Shown piece by piece: positions 50,869-60,661 of a DNA stretch of 64,000 nt (positions are counted from its first letter, which is position 1; every line of letters starts with the position of its first letter). Source of the DNA: Bernardetia sp. ABR2-2B (GTDB taxonomy: Bacteria > Bacteroidota > Bacteroidia > Cytophagales > Bernardetiaceae); the NCBI RefSeq assembly GCF_037126435.1, contig NZ_CP147020.1, positions 1,843,293 to 1,907,292 of the forward strand. The letters run 5' to 3'. The notes beneath the pieces are model-generated. The model was given only the letters and a program-made list of their open reading frames with translations. It made no database searches and had not been told where the DNA came from. Both the position numbers and the translations under genes were made by a program.

Positions 50869-52191
50869 ATGCAAACTACAAAAGAAAATCCTACCATTAC
50901 TTCTGCCGTTATTGATATCTCCACCAACAACAACTATTATAAAAATCTACATTCAAAATTCAAAAAAACTAGAGAGCGTACTCTCTCACTTTGTCAAGAT
51001 TTGCAGCCAGAGGACTTTGTTGTGCAGCCAATAGCAGATGTAAGTCCTACAAAATGGCATTTAGCACATACAACGTGGTTTTTCGAAACTTTTTTACTTA
51101 TTCCTTATCTTAAGGATTATAAAGTTTTTCAAGAGGAATACAATTATTTATTCAATAGTTATTACGAAACAGTTGGAAAAAGAGTGCTGAGAACTGATAG
51201 AGGAAACCTTACTCGCCCAACCACAAAGGAAATTTATGAATATAGAAAGTATGTAGATAATTCCCTTTCATTATTTTTTGACGAATTACAAAAAGGTAGT
51301 TTTGATAATGAAATAGAAGCCGAAATAAAAAAACGTCTTTTCATCGGTCTGAATCACGAAGAGCAGCATCAAGAATTATTGGTAACTGATATAAAATACG
51401 TTTTGGGAAATAATCCACTTTTCCCTGCTGTGAAAATGCCGATTAATGATTTTACTGTATTTGTAGGGAAAAGGCATGCCTTTTCCTCAAGTTTTGAAGT
51501 AAAAGAAGAGAATAATGAAGATTTTATAAAAATAAAAGAAGGAATTTATCAAATTGGTTTTCAATCAGATGATAAATCAGAGTTTTATTTTGATAATGAA
51601 AAAGGCGTTCATCGCACTTTTATAGAAGAATTTGAAATTTCTAAGAATTTAGTAACCAATAGAGAATATTTAGAATTTATAGAAGCTGGAGGTTATCAAA
51701 ACTTCAATTTTTGGCTTGCCGAAGGTTGGGATTTCGTAAAAGAAAACAATTTAAAAGCTCCTCTATATTGGTTTAAGGAAGAAAAAGAAAATAATACAAC
51801 ATGGTTTTATTATGACTTCAATCAGTCAGAAAATGGCTTACAAAAACTAGATTTAGATGCGCCTTTGTGTCATGTCAGTTTTTATGAAGCTGAAGCCTAC
51901 GCACAGTTTAGAAATATGCGTCTTCCAACAGAACAAGAATGGGAAGTGGCAAATGAGTTTTTTGAGTGGGGCAAACGCTGGGAGTGGACACGCTCTGCCT
52001 ACCAACCCTATCCAAACTTTGAAAAAGATGAAGGAGCTTTGGGAGAATATAACGGAAAGTTTATGATAAATCAGCTTGTTTTGCGTGGAAGCTCAGAAGC
52101 AACTGCACCAAATCATTCAAGACCAACCTATCGCAACTTCTTTCACGCTGACAAACGTTGGCAATACACAGGAATACGTTTGGTAAAGTAA
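50869..52191 (+). CDS. egtB: EgtB-like sulfoxide synthase (DinB_2 domain plus FGE-sulfatase domain), ergothioneine-type.
   Basis: 440-aa ORF with an iron-binding HX3HXE motif (GLNHEEQHQELL) and a DinB-like WHLAHTTWFFE. The C-terminal FGE fold has RLPTEQEWE and WEWTRSAY. No egtD is adjacent. Confidence 0.6.
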   Translation: MQTTKENPTITSAVIDISTNNNYYKNLHSKFKKTRERTLSLCQDLQPEDFVVQPIADVSPTKWHLAHTTWFFETFLLIPYLKDYKVFQEEYNYLFNSYYETVGKRVLRTDRGNLTRPTTKEIYEYRKYVDNSLSLFFDELQKGSFDNEIEAEIKKRLFIGLNHEEQHQELLVTDIKYVLGNNPLFPAVKMPINDFTVFVGKRHAFSSSFEVKEENNEDFIKIKEGIYQIGFQSDDKSEFYFDNEKGVHRTFIEEFEISKNLVTNREYLEFIEAGGYQNFNFWLAEGWDFVKENNLKAPLYWFKEEKENNTTWFYYDFNQSENGLQKLDLDAPLCHVSFYEAEAYAQFRNMRLPTEQEWEVANEFFEWGKRWEWTRSAYQPYPNFEKDEGALGEYNGKFMINQLVLRGSSEATAPNHSRPTYRNFFHADKRWQYTGIRLVK

Positions 52192-52841
52192 TTATTTTCA
52201 AAAATTATCAAAAAACAAAAAAAACTACTTTCATAATCGTTTTATCTAAGCTAAATTTGTAGATTGTATCATTAATTGTTTAAGCTTTTTAAAACAAGAT
52301 TTTTACTTTAATTAAAATTTTAAAAAAAGTTGTTTAAAAAGTATTTGACAAATACTCAACTGCTTATTCATTTTGATATATTTTTCTCTAAAAAAAAGAG
52401 AAATAATCTTGACCGTACAACTACGATAAATCATTTTTATTTTTTCATAAAATAGGGTTTGCAAACTCTATCTTATGAAAAAGACATTGCATAAATTATC
52501 TTCATAGATTTTATCAAAAAATAAAAATGACTTTTTCCATATATAGCAAAATAAAACAATTCTGAATTTTAATCTAATCAATTGATTTACAGAAACTTAT
52601 ACATAAAATTAATTTAAAGTTTTTACTATACATAAAAATAAAAACTAATTTTGAGCATTTTAAACCCTAGTGTTTTCAAAATCCTTAGGGTTTCGAACCA
52701 TTTTGCGTGTGTAACAAAGATTATTTATTCTTTTTAGAGAAATGAATCTGTTTTTTTGTGATTTTTTTATAAAAAAACAGGTTAGAAGCGAATAAATGTA
52801 AATTATTAATTATGAGTGGTTTTAAATTCTAATTTAAAACA

Positions 52842-52900
52842 TTCGTAATTCGTAATTGAAAATTAGCTATGCTGATTATTTCATAATTCGTAATTATTCC
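52842..52900. repeat. Heptamer tandem motif attcgtaattcgtaattga (52842-52860) plus a partial copy taattcgtaatt (52884-52895), upstream of rny.
   Basis: The same 19-mer occurs at 58201-58219 and 63615-63633. Confidence 0.8.
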
Positions 52901-52931
52901 TTATTCATTCAATCTAAAGAAAATATATATA

Positions 52932-54533
52932 ATGTATCTTGAAATCACAATTACGGCTATTGTAGCTCTGATTGTAGGGATTTTGATAGGTCGATTTTTG
53001 CTTGTCAAGGTTCTTAATAGTCTAAAAGAAAAAGCTGAAAACGAAGCCAAATCAATCCTGCAAACAGCAAAGGCAGATGCTGCAAACCTTTTGAAAGAAA
53101 AAGAATTGTCTGCCAAAGACCATTTTCTGAAACTTCAAGCAGAACACCAAAGAGAAGTAAATAAAAGACAAAAAAATATCTCTTCTCAAGAATCTAAACT
53201 CAAAAAACAAGAACAACGTTTCCAACAAATCGAACTCAAACTAAAAGAAAAAGAGGTTTCATTAAGCAAAGAACAAGAGCTTTTAAATAAAGAAATCAAT
53301 AAGCACCAACAGCGAAAAGATGATTTGTATAAAAAAATGGAAGCTGTTGAGCTAAAAATGGAAGAAGCAAAGCGAATTGAGAAAGAAAAAGTTGTTCTAT
53401 TAGAGAAAGTATCAGGTCTTTCTGCCGAAGAAGCCAAAAATCAACTTATAGAATCATTAGAAAAAGAAGCGCACACACTAGCCACAGCTAAAATTCGCCA
53501 AATAATGAGTGATGCCGAACTTACAGCTACAAAAGATGCCAAACGCTTAGTTCTTTCAACTATCCAAAGAACGGCAACCGAACACGCCATCGAAAACTGT
53601 GTATCTGTTTTCCACTTGGAAAGCGATGATATAAAAGGAAAAATTATTGGTAGAGAAGGGCGTAATATTAGAGCTTTAGAAGCTGCAACAGGTGTCGAAA
53701 TTATTGTTGATGACACTCCAGAAGCCATTACTATTTCTGGTTTTGACCCTGTACGTAGAGAAATTGCTCGTCTTTCTTTGCACCGTTTGGTAGCAGATGG
53801 AAGAGTTCACCCTGCAAGAATTGAAGAAGTGGTTGCCAAAACGACAGAACAATTAGAAGAACAAATTATAGAATTAGGAGAAAGAGCTGTCATAGAATTG
53901 GGAATACATGGACTTCATTTAGAACTTATAAAATTAGTCGGAAAGATGCGTTTTCGTTCTTCTTATGGTCAAAATTTATTACAACACTCCAAAGAAGTTA
54001 CTCGTCTTTGTGCCACTATGGCAACAGAAATGGGCTTAAATGTAAAACTTGCCAAACGTGCAGGACTTCTTCACGATATTGGAAAAGTTTGTACTGAAGA
54101 CCCAGACAAACCACATGCTATATTGGGAATGGAACTCGCTAAACGCTATGGCGAACATCCAGAAGTCTGTAATGCAATCGGAGCGCACCACGACGAAATC
54201 GAAATGACTTCTATGCTTTCGCCTGTTATTCAAGCCTGTGATGCCATTTCGGGTTCAAGACCAGGGGCAAGGCGTGAAACAATGGAATCCTATATCAAGC
54301 GTTTACAAGATTTGGAAAGTTTGGCAACTTCATATGATGGTGTAAATAAATGTTATGCTATTCAAGCAGGACGAGAACTTCGTGTCATTGTAGATTCTGA
54401 AAATGTCATGGATGATAAAGCTGACGAGATTGCATTTAAAATATCACAGCAAATCCAGACTGAAATGCAGTACCCAGGGCAAGTAAAAGTTACAGTTATT
54501 CGTGAAAAACGAGCTGTACATTATGCTAAATAA
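52932..54533 (+). CDS. rny: Ribonuclease Y.
   Basis: 533-aa ORF with an N-terminal TM helix, a coiled coil, a KH domain ([15 protein letters not shown]) and an HD domain (LLHDIGK; GAHHDE). Confidence 0.9.
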   Translation: MYLEITITAIVALIVGILIGRFLLVKVLNSLKEKAENEAKSILQTAKADAANLLKEKELSAKDHFLKLQAEHQREVNKRQKNISSQESKLKKQEQRFQQIELKLKEKEVSLSKEQELLNKEINKHQQRKDDLYKKMEAVELKMEEAKRIEKEKVVLLEKVSGLSAEEAKNQLIESLEKEAHTLATAKIRQIMSDAELTATKDAKRLVLSTIQRTATEHAIENCVSVFHLESDDIKGKIIGREGRNIRALEAATGVEIIVDDTPEAITISGFDPVRREIARLSLHRLVADGRVHPARIEEVVAKTTEQLEEQIIELGERAVIELGIHGLHLELIKLVGKMRFRSSYGQNLLQHSKEVTRLCATMATEMGLNVKLAKRAGLLHDIGKVCTEDPDKPHAILGMELAKRYGEHPEVCNAIGAHHDEIEMTSMLSPVIQACDAISGSRPGARRETMESYIKRLQDLESLATSYDGVNKCYAIQAGRELRVIVDSENVMDDKADEIAFKISQQIQTEMQYPGQVKVTVIREKRAVHYAK

Positions 54534-54618
54534 ATTTAGAATTCAGAGGTCAGAGTTTAGAATTAAATACAAATTATGGTAGGTCAAAGGCTTACATTTG
54601 ATTATTTAACAATAAAAT

Positions 54619-56604
54619 ATGAATTTCAAATTTATAGATTTATTTGCTGGAATTGGTGGTTTTCATTTGGCTATGCACAGACTTGGAGGAGAATGTGTTT
54701 TTGCTTCTGAACTAGATGATTTTGCACGTCTTACGTATCAAGAAAATTATCAAAAAATATCTCCTAAGTTATTTGAAGATGATTTATTTAATAAGGATAT
54801 TCGAACAGTTAGTCCAAAAGATTTACCTGATTTTGATGTTCTTTGTGCTGGTTTTCCGTGTCAGCCATTTAGTCAAGCAGGATATAAAAGAGGTTTTGCA
54901 GATAATCATAATTCAGAGAGAGGAAATTTATTTTTTAATATTGCTGAAATTTTGGAAGCAAAAAAGCCAAAAGCATTTTTCTTGGAAAACGTTCGTGGTT
55001 TGGTTACGCATGATAAAGGCAAAACTTTTAAAATCATTCGAAATATTATTGAAAATGAGTTAGGATATTCTTTTTATTATAAAGTCGTTCATGCATCTGA
55101 TTATGGTTTGCCACAACTAAGACCGAGAGTTTTTATAGTGGGTTTTAGAGATGAAAGTTTTATGAGTAGCTTTAATTTTCCTTCTCCTATTCCTTTAAAG
55201 TTTACGATGAGCGATGTTTGGGGGGGAGAATGTAGCCGAGAAATTGGTTTTACTATTCGGGTCGGTGGACGTGGTTCGGCTATTACTGACCGTAGAAATT
55301 GGGATAATTATTTGGTTGATGGACAGACAAAACGCTTGTCTTATATAGAAGCCAAAAAAATGCAGGGTTTTCCAGATGATTTTGAGTTTCCTGTTAGCAA
55401 AACACAAGCTATAAAACAGTTGGGAAATAGTGTGGCTGTGGATGCCGTTGAAGCTGTTGCAAAAAGTTTATTACAACACTTACAAACACTTGAAAATAAT
55501 CAAATTACACAAAACTCTAACTCTGACGAAATGGCAATCAAACCTACTAAAAATAAAGGAGAATGGACTGAGTTACTACTTTTTATAAAATTGCTATTAG
55601 ATAAAAAATTATATCTATCTGACAAAAACCTCAATACCACAAGCAGTTATTTTAAAATAAATAAAGTAACAACACACAATTTAGATTTGGAGTTTCTCTT
55701 ATCAAACTCTTCTACAATTATATCAAAAAATAAATTCGACAAGACAGAAAAACAAATCAGTATTTCTAAAATAATTACTCCTTCTATCATTCAATCTTTT
55801 GTTGAAAAAATAAAAAAGGAAAAAGGCACATTCGAAATTCCATCATTTAATATTATTCAAGATGAATTGGGTTTTAATGTTGTAAAAGGTGGAAATAGCA
55901 ATCAAAAAGCTGATATTTTATTAGATATTGAAAACGAAATTATACAAAAAGAAAACGAAGGCTTTGGAATAAAATCATATTTAGGAAGCAAACCAACGCT
56001 ATTAAATGCGTCTGGAAATACAAATTTTATATTCAAGGTAAATGGTATAGAAAAAGGCAATAAAACTATTATTGATGAGGTAAATCAAATAAATACAAGA
56101 ACAAAACTAAAGGATAGAATCAATAAAATAGAAGAGCTAGGTGGAAACTTTGAATATTTGGGAGCAGAAAGAGATACAATGGATTTTAACCTTAAAATGA
56201 TAGATAGTCAGATGCCAAAACTGATAGGAGAAATTCTACTTTGTTTTTATAAAGAACGAGTTTCTTCCATCGAAAAAATCACCAAGAGAATCATAGGAAA
56301 GGAGAAGGACGAAGAAATTTTACTAAAAAACAAAATCAAAAATCTATTGGTAAGTATCCTTTTAGGTTTCTTTGCAGGAACAAAATGGGATGGTGCATTT
56401 CAATCTAATGGAACAATCGTAATGAAAAATAATGGCGACTGTGTAGGTTTCCATATTGTAGAAATGGAGAATCTGAAAAATTATTTATTTGAAAATATTA
56501 AATTAGATATGCCTTCTACAACTAGACACCGTTTTGGACAACTTTATTCTGAAAAAAATGGAGAGTTATTTTTTAAATTAAATTTACAGTTACGTTTTAG
56601 TTGA
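54619..56604 (+). CDS. DNA (cytosine-5)-methyltransferase (aa 1 to ~290) fused to an uncharacterised ~370-aa C-terminal domain.
   Basis: C5-MTase motif I FIDLFAGIGGF, motif IV GFPCQPFSQAG, motif VI ENVRGL and motif X QLGNSVAV. The C-terminal half (from ~LQTLENNQ) has no MTase motifs. It has D/E/K clusters (ADILLDIENEIIQK) compatible with a PD-(D/E)xK nuclease, but this is not verified. Confidence 0.75.
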   Translation: MNFKFIDLFAGIGGFHLAMHRLGGECVFASELDDFARLTYQENYQKISPKLFEDDLFNKDIRTVSPKDLPDFDVLCAGFPCQPFSQAGYKRGFADNHNSERGNLFFNIAEILEAKKPKAFFLENVRGLVTHDKGKTFKIIRNIIENELGYSFYYKVVHASDYGLPQLRPRVFIVGFRDESFMSSFNFPSPIPLKFTMSDVWGGECSREIGFTIRVGGRGSAITDRRNWDNYLVDGQTKRLSYIEAKKMQGFPDDFEFPVSKTQAIKQLGNSVAVDAVEAVAKSLLQHLQTLENNQITQNSNSDEMAIKPTKNKGEWTELLLFIKLLLDKKLYLSDKNLNTTSSYFKINKVTTHNLDLEFLLSNSSTIISKNKFDKTEKQISISKIITPSIIQSFVEKIKKEKGTFEIPSFNIIQDELGFNVVKGGNSNQKADILLDIENEIIQKENEGFGIKSYLGSKPTLLNASGNTNFIFKVNGIEKGNKTIIDEVNQINTRTKLKDRINKIEELGGNFEYLGAERDTMDFNLKMIDSQMPKLIGEILLCFYKERVSSIEKITKRIIGKEKDEEILLKNKIKNLLVSILLGFFAGTKWDGAFQSNGTIVMKNNGDCVGFHIVEMENLKNYLFENIKLDMPSTTRHRFGQLYSEKNGELFFKLNLQLRFS

Positions 56605-56684
56605 TATTTGAAATTTCTGATTGAATTACCGTAATTCGTATTTACTTCTAAATTCTACCTTCTAAACTTTAAATTTGTTTATTT

Positions 56685-57332
56685 ATGCTTCTCGCCCCTT
56701 CTGTTCTCGCTTCTGATTTTGCCAACCTCCAAAGTGAGGTCGAAATGCTAAATAAAAGTCAAGCTGATTGGCTTCATATCGATATTATGGATGGAGTTTT
56801 TGTTCCTAATATTTCATTTGGCATTCCTGTTTTTGAGGCTATTTCAAAACACGCAAAAAAACATTTAGATGTTCATTTAATGATTGTCAATCCTGAAAAA
56901 TATGTTGATAATTTTGCTCGTGCAGGTGCAAATACTATTTCTGTGCATATTGAAGCCTGTCAGCATCTACATAGAAACCTTCAGCAAATCCGTAATCTAG
57001 GCTGTAAGGCAGGAATTGCAGTAAATCCTCATACTTCTATTTCTCAATTGGAAAATGTAATCGAAGAAACAGATTTAGTATGTTTGATGTCAGTTAATCC
57101 AGGATTTGGAGGACAAAAATTTATCGAACAGACCTATAAAAAAGTAAGTCAGTTAAAAGAATTAATACTAAAAACAGGCTCAAAAGCTCTTATCGAAATT
57201 GATGGAGGTGTAAATGCAGGAAATGCTAAAAAATTAGTAGATGCAGGAGCTGATGTATTAGTAGCTGGTAATTTTGTCTTTTCTTCGCCCAATCCAACAG
57301 AAACAATTAGTAGAATAAAGTCATTAGTTTAA
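56685..57332 (+). CDS. rpe: Ribulose-phosphate 3-epimerase.
   Basis: 215-aa ORF: APSVLASDFANL, HIDIMDG, VHLMI, MSVNPGFGGQ and IEIDGG. Confidence 0.85.
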   Translation: MLLAPSVLASDFANLQSEVEMLNKSQADWLHIDIMDGVFVPNISFGIPVFEAISKHAKKHLDVHLMIVNPEKYVDNFARAGANTISVHIEACQHLHRNLQQIRNLGCKAGIAVNPHTSISQLENVIEETDLVCLMSVNPGFGGQKFIEQTYKKVSQLKELILKTGSKALIEIDGGVNAGNAKKLVDAGADVLVAGNFVFSSPNPTETISRIKSLV

Positions 57333-57600
57333 AATAAAACTAGAAGTATGAAGTTAGATTTCAGAAGTAATACAAAATGATTTATTCGAAAAACTCTAAT
57401 AAATACAATAATTTTGATTATTTTTAATCGAAAGTGAAATTTTTATGCTCTTCTCTCAACTAACTTTAAAAAGGTTCTGAAAACGTTTGTAGCATTTCTT
57501 TCGTTGGTATTGAGATTGAATCAAATCAATTTATTACTTATTTAAACTTCTTCTGACATTGTTGGTGTTCTTACCATACATCATTTTAAAATAAAAAACT

Positions 57601-58005
57601 ATGCTCTTCGATAGATTAAAAAATATTATTCGCTCTACTACTAATGATTTATTAGAAAAAAATGGACTTTCTGATGATGAATATATGAAAGCCATAGAAG
57701 ACGAATACGAAAAAGAATTTGGCTCTCTAGGAAATAATGATTCTACAAGTTATTCTTCCGAATTTGATACAGAATATGAGTTTACTGCGCCAAAAGCAAA
57801 CCCAAAAGAAAGAATTTATTATCATACCTTAGGGCTTGAGCAAGGTGCTTCTTTTGAGCAAGTAAAGACTGCCTATAAAAAACTAATGAAAGCCTACCAC
57901 CCAGACCGTCATCAGGCAGACCCCAAAAAACAGCATTGGGCAGTAGAGCAATCTCAAAAAGTAAATGAAGCATACTCTTACTTAGAGAAAAAATTTGGAA
58001 AATAG
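57601..58005 (+). CDS. Small J-domain (DnaJ-like) protein.
   Basis: 134-aa ORF. The C-terminal J domain has YYHTLGLEQGASFEQVKTAYKKLMKAYHPDRH with the HPD tripeptide. Confidence 0.6.
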   Translation: MLFDRLKNIIRSTTNDLLEKNGLSDDEYMKAIEDEYEKEFGSLGNNDSTSYSSEFDTEYEFTAPKANPKERIYYHTLGLEQGASFEQVKTAYKKLMKAYHPDRHQADPKKQHWAVEQSQKVNEAYSYLEKKFGK

Positions 58006-58196
58006 AGCTAGTCAGATTCTTAGGTTTTAAGAAAAATCAAAAACTATTGCTAATCGTATAACGTTTGCAAAAGTATAAGACCTTTTTTATAAATTTATTG
58101 AATAGAATCAAGCAAAACAAAGTAGGTCAATCTCCTATTCCAAATTATTGGAATTGTAATTTTATTGATATAAATAAATGTATCATAATCGTAACT

Positions 58197-58219
58197 TTTA
58201 ATTCGTAATTCGTAATTGA
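58197..58219 (+). repeat. Heptamer motif tttaattcgtaattcgtaattga, 9 bp upstream of the pspA-like ATG.
   Basis: Identical 23-mer at 63611-63633. Confidence 0.8.
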
Positions 58220-58227
58220 CTTATTAT

Positions 58228-59139
58228 ATGTGGATATTTTTTAAACGCCTTTTCAGAATTGGAAAAACTAAAGCACACGCCAAACTTGATAAAGTAGAAG
58301 ACCCTGTTGCGCTTACCGAACAGTCCATTAAAGATTTGAAACAAGACCTTGCAGAGAGCATGAAAAGTCTTGCAGAAATGAAAGCGTTAGCAATCCGTAC
58401 TAAAAGAGATGTTCAACAAGCACACCGAGCAGCTGGTCAGTACGAACAGAGAGCAATGCAATTTATTGCAAAAGCCGAAAAAGGTGATATTAGCATGGAC
58501 GAAGCCGACCGATATGCACTAAAAGCTCTCGCCCAAAAAGACCAAATCTTGAGAGTTTCCTCTGCCAATGAGCAAAATTTACGTGCTTATGAAAACATGA
58601 TTCGCAAGTTAGAGCTTGATATTCAAAAAATTCGTACACAAATAAATACATGGGAAGGCGAACTCAAAACGCTTAAAGTACGCTCACGTCTTTCTGAAAC
58701 AAGTCGTCGTTTGAATGAACGTATGTCTTCTATTAGCAATAATAGTATGAATAATATGTTGGAAGATATGAAGAGCAAAGTAGAAGAACAAGAAGCTCTT
58801 GCTCAATCCTATGAAGACGTAGCTAATTTGAATGATAGTGTTGATGATGAAGTAGAAAAAGTATTGGGTAAAAATGCAGCAGCATTACCAGACTTACCTA
58901 CTCCACAAGATGCTTTGGCTCAACTAAAAGCAAAAATGAAAGCACTTCCAAAAACAACAGAAGAGTTGATAGAAGAAGCCGAAGATGACTTTAAGAAAAT
59001 AGGTTCTTACTCTGAAGAGGAGGAAAATAAATTAAATCAAGCAGAAAAAAAGAAAAATATTACCTTTGGTAAGGTAGAAAAAAGCACACCACCAAAACGT
59101 CCTCGTTTGCGTATCAGAAAAGAAGGTTTTGATGATTAA
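58228..59139 (+). CDS. pspA: PspA/IM30 (phage-shock protein A / Vipp1) family protein.
   Basis: Coiled-coil protein whose N-terminus MWIFFKRLFRIGKTKAHAKLDKVEDPVALTEQSIKDLKQDL matches the PspA N-terminus. The track start at 58216 is TTG; the ATG is at 58228. Confidence 0.65.
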   Translation: MWIFFKRLFRIGKTKAHAKLDKVEDPVALTEQSIKDLKQDLAESMKSLAEMKALAIRTKRDVQQAHRAAGQYEQRAMQFIAKAEKGDISMDEADRYALKALAQKDQILRVSSANEQNLRAYENMIRKLELDIQKIRTQINTWEGELKTLKVRSRLSETSRRLNERMSSISNNSMNNMLEDMKSKVEEQEALAQSYEDVANLNDSVDDEVEKVLGKNAAALPDLPTPQDALAQLKAKMKALPKTTEELIEEAEDDFKKIGSYSEEEENKLNQAEKKKNITFGKVEKSTPPKRPRLRIRKEGFDD

Positions 59140-59305
59140 AAACATAACTATTCAAATATTTAAAAGATTAGTTTATCGTTTGAAACGACTGCAATTATTT
59201 GATTAGATAAATAATTCTTTGTAAATTGATTTTTTTACAATAGTATTTTTATTGTAATTTTTATAAAAAAACTATTACTTAAAAACTATCCAAAACTACT
59301 TTATT

Positions 59306-59818
59306 ATGAAAAAATTATTTTTATTACGTCATGCGCAGACAGAAGGATACAGTCTTTCAAACCCAGACTCAAAACGAAAACTAACTGAAAGAGGAGTTCA
59401 AGATGCAATGAAACTAGGACAACTTCTTTACGAAGAAAATATTGAAATAGATAGTATTGTTAGTAGCGTAGCCATTAGGGCGCAAACTACGGCTCGTCTG
59501 ATTGCTAATGGAGTAAAATATCTTCCTTCAAACATTCAGATAGAAGAAGACCTGTATCAATGTTCAGAAGTAGATTTGTTACGTTTTATTAGTCAAATTG
59601 ATGATAATTCTATTAATAATTTACTTTTAGTCAATCATAATCCTGCTGTTTCTGCACTTATTTATCTATTGGCAGAAAAAGATTATGGATTTCTTAGCCC
59701 TTGTAGTCTAGTTATTTTTTCTTTTGATGTAGAAAATTGGACAGAAATAACAAAAGGAAGTGGAACAGTAGAAACGATACGCATTCCTGAAACAAGCTTT
59801 GAAGAAAGTATGATATAA
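59306..59818 (+). CDS. Histidine phosphatase superfamily protein (SixA-like).
   Basis: 170-aa ORF with an N-terminal LLRHAQTE (RHG-type catalytic motif). Confidence 0.55.
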   Translation: MKKLFLLRHAQTEGYSLSNPDSKRKLTERGVQDAMKLGQLLYEENIEIDSIVSSVAIRAQTTARLIANGVKYLPSNIQIEEDLYQCSEVDLLRFISQIDDNSINNLLLVNHNPAVSALIYLLAEKDYGFLSPCSLVIFSFDVENWTEITKGSGTVETIRIPETSFEESMI

Positions 59819-59839
59819 TACAAAAATTAGGAAAAAATT

Positions 59840-60439
59840 TTAATCAAACATAATTCGTTTGGCAATACTTCTTCCCAATGTAATTTCATCTGTATATTCA
59901 AGTTCACTTCCAATCGGAACTCCACGAGCAATCCCGCTCACTTTTACCCCTTGTTTTCTTAGTTTTTTCGTGAGATAAAAAGCCGTTGTATCCCCTTCCA
60001 TAGTTGCATTGAGAGCCAAAATTACCTCTTTTACCCCATTTTGAGTTCTTTCTAAAAGAGAATCTATATTCAAATCTGATGGACTAATTCCTTCAATAGG
60101 AGAAATGACACCTCCCAAAACGTGATACAATCCATTATATTGTGCTGTATTTTCGATAGCTAACAAGTCTGGCACTTCTTCCACTACACAAATCAAACTC
60201 TCATCTCTCTTCGGACTCTTACAAATACTACAGATATCTGTATCTGAAATAGTATGACATTTTTTGCAATAAACTGTTTTTTCTCTAAGCGCAATCAAAG
60301 ATTTTGTAAGTTCTTCTACGTCTTGAATTTCTTGTCCTAGAAGATGCAAAGCCAAACGCAAAGCCGATTTTTTACCAATACCGGGCAAACGAGAAATTTC
60401 ATTTACAGCATCTTCTACTAATTTGGAGGGATAATTCAT
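59840..60439 (-). CDS. recR: Recombination protein RecR.
   Basis: 199-aa ORF with an HhH (LPGIGKKSALRLALHL), a C4 zinc finger (CKKCHTISDTDICSICK), and Toprim/Walker-like motifs. Confidence 0.9.
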   Translation of the reverse strand: MNYPSKLVEDAVNEISRLPGIGKKSALRLALHLLGQEIQDVEELTKSLIALREKTVYCKKCHTISDTDICSICKSPKRDESLICVVEEVPDLLAIENTAQYNGLYHVLGGVISPIEGISPSDLNIDSLLERTQNGVKEVILALNATMEGDTTAFYLTKKLRKQGVKVSGIARGVPIGSELEYTDEITLGRSIAKRIMFD

Positions 60440-60440
60440 T

Positions 60441-60479
60441 TTAATCAGTTACCAGTAAATAGTTACCAGTAATCAGTTT
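60441..60479 (+). repeat. CAGTTACCAGT element (taatcagttaccagtaaatagttaccagtaatcagtttt) abutting the recR start codon.
   Basis: Near-identical to 30698-30734. Confidence 0.75.
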
Positions 60480-60661
60480 TGACTAATTTGGTAGCTATAA
60501 AATTAAATTATTTAAGGACAAATAAGGCTTACAAAAATACAAAAAAAAAGATAGAGTTGAAATCTATCTGTAGCCAATCATTTAGAATCTAAAAAGTAGA
60601 TTGCGAAAAGCCTCCTACATTTACTTGTAAGAGGCATATCAAAAATCTCTAAAAGTAGTTA

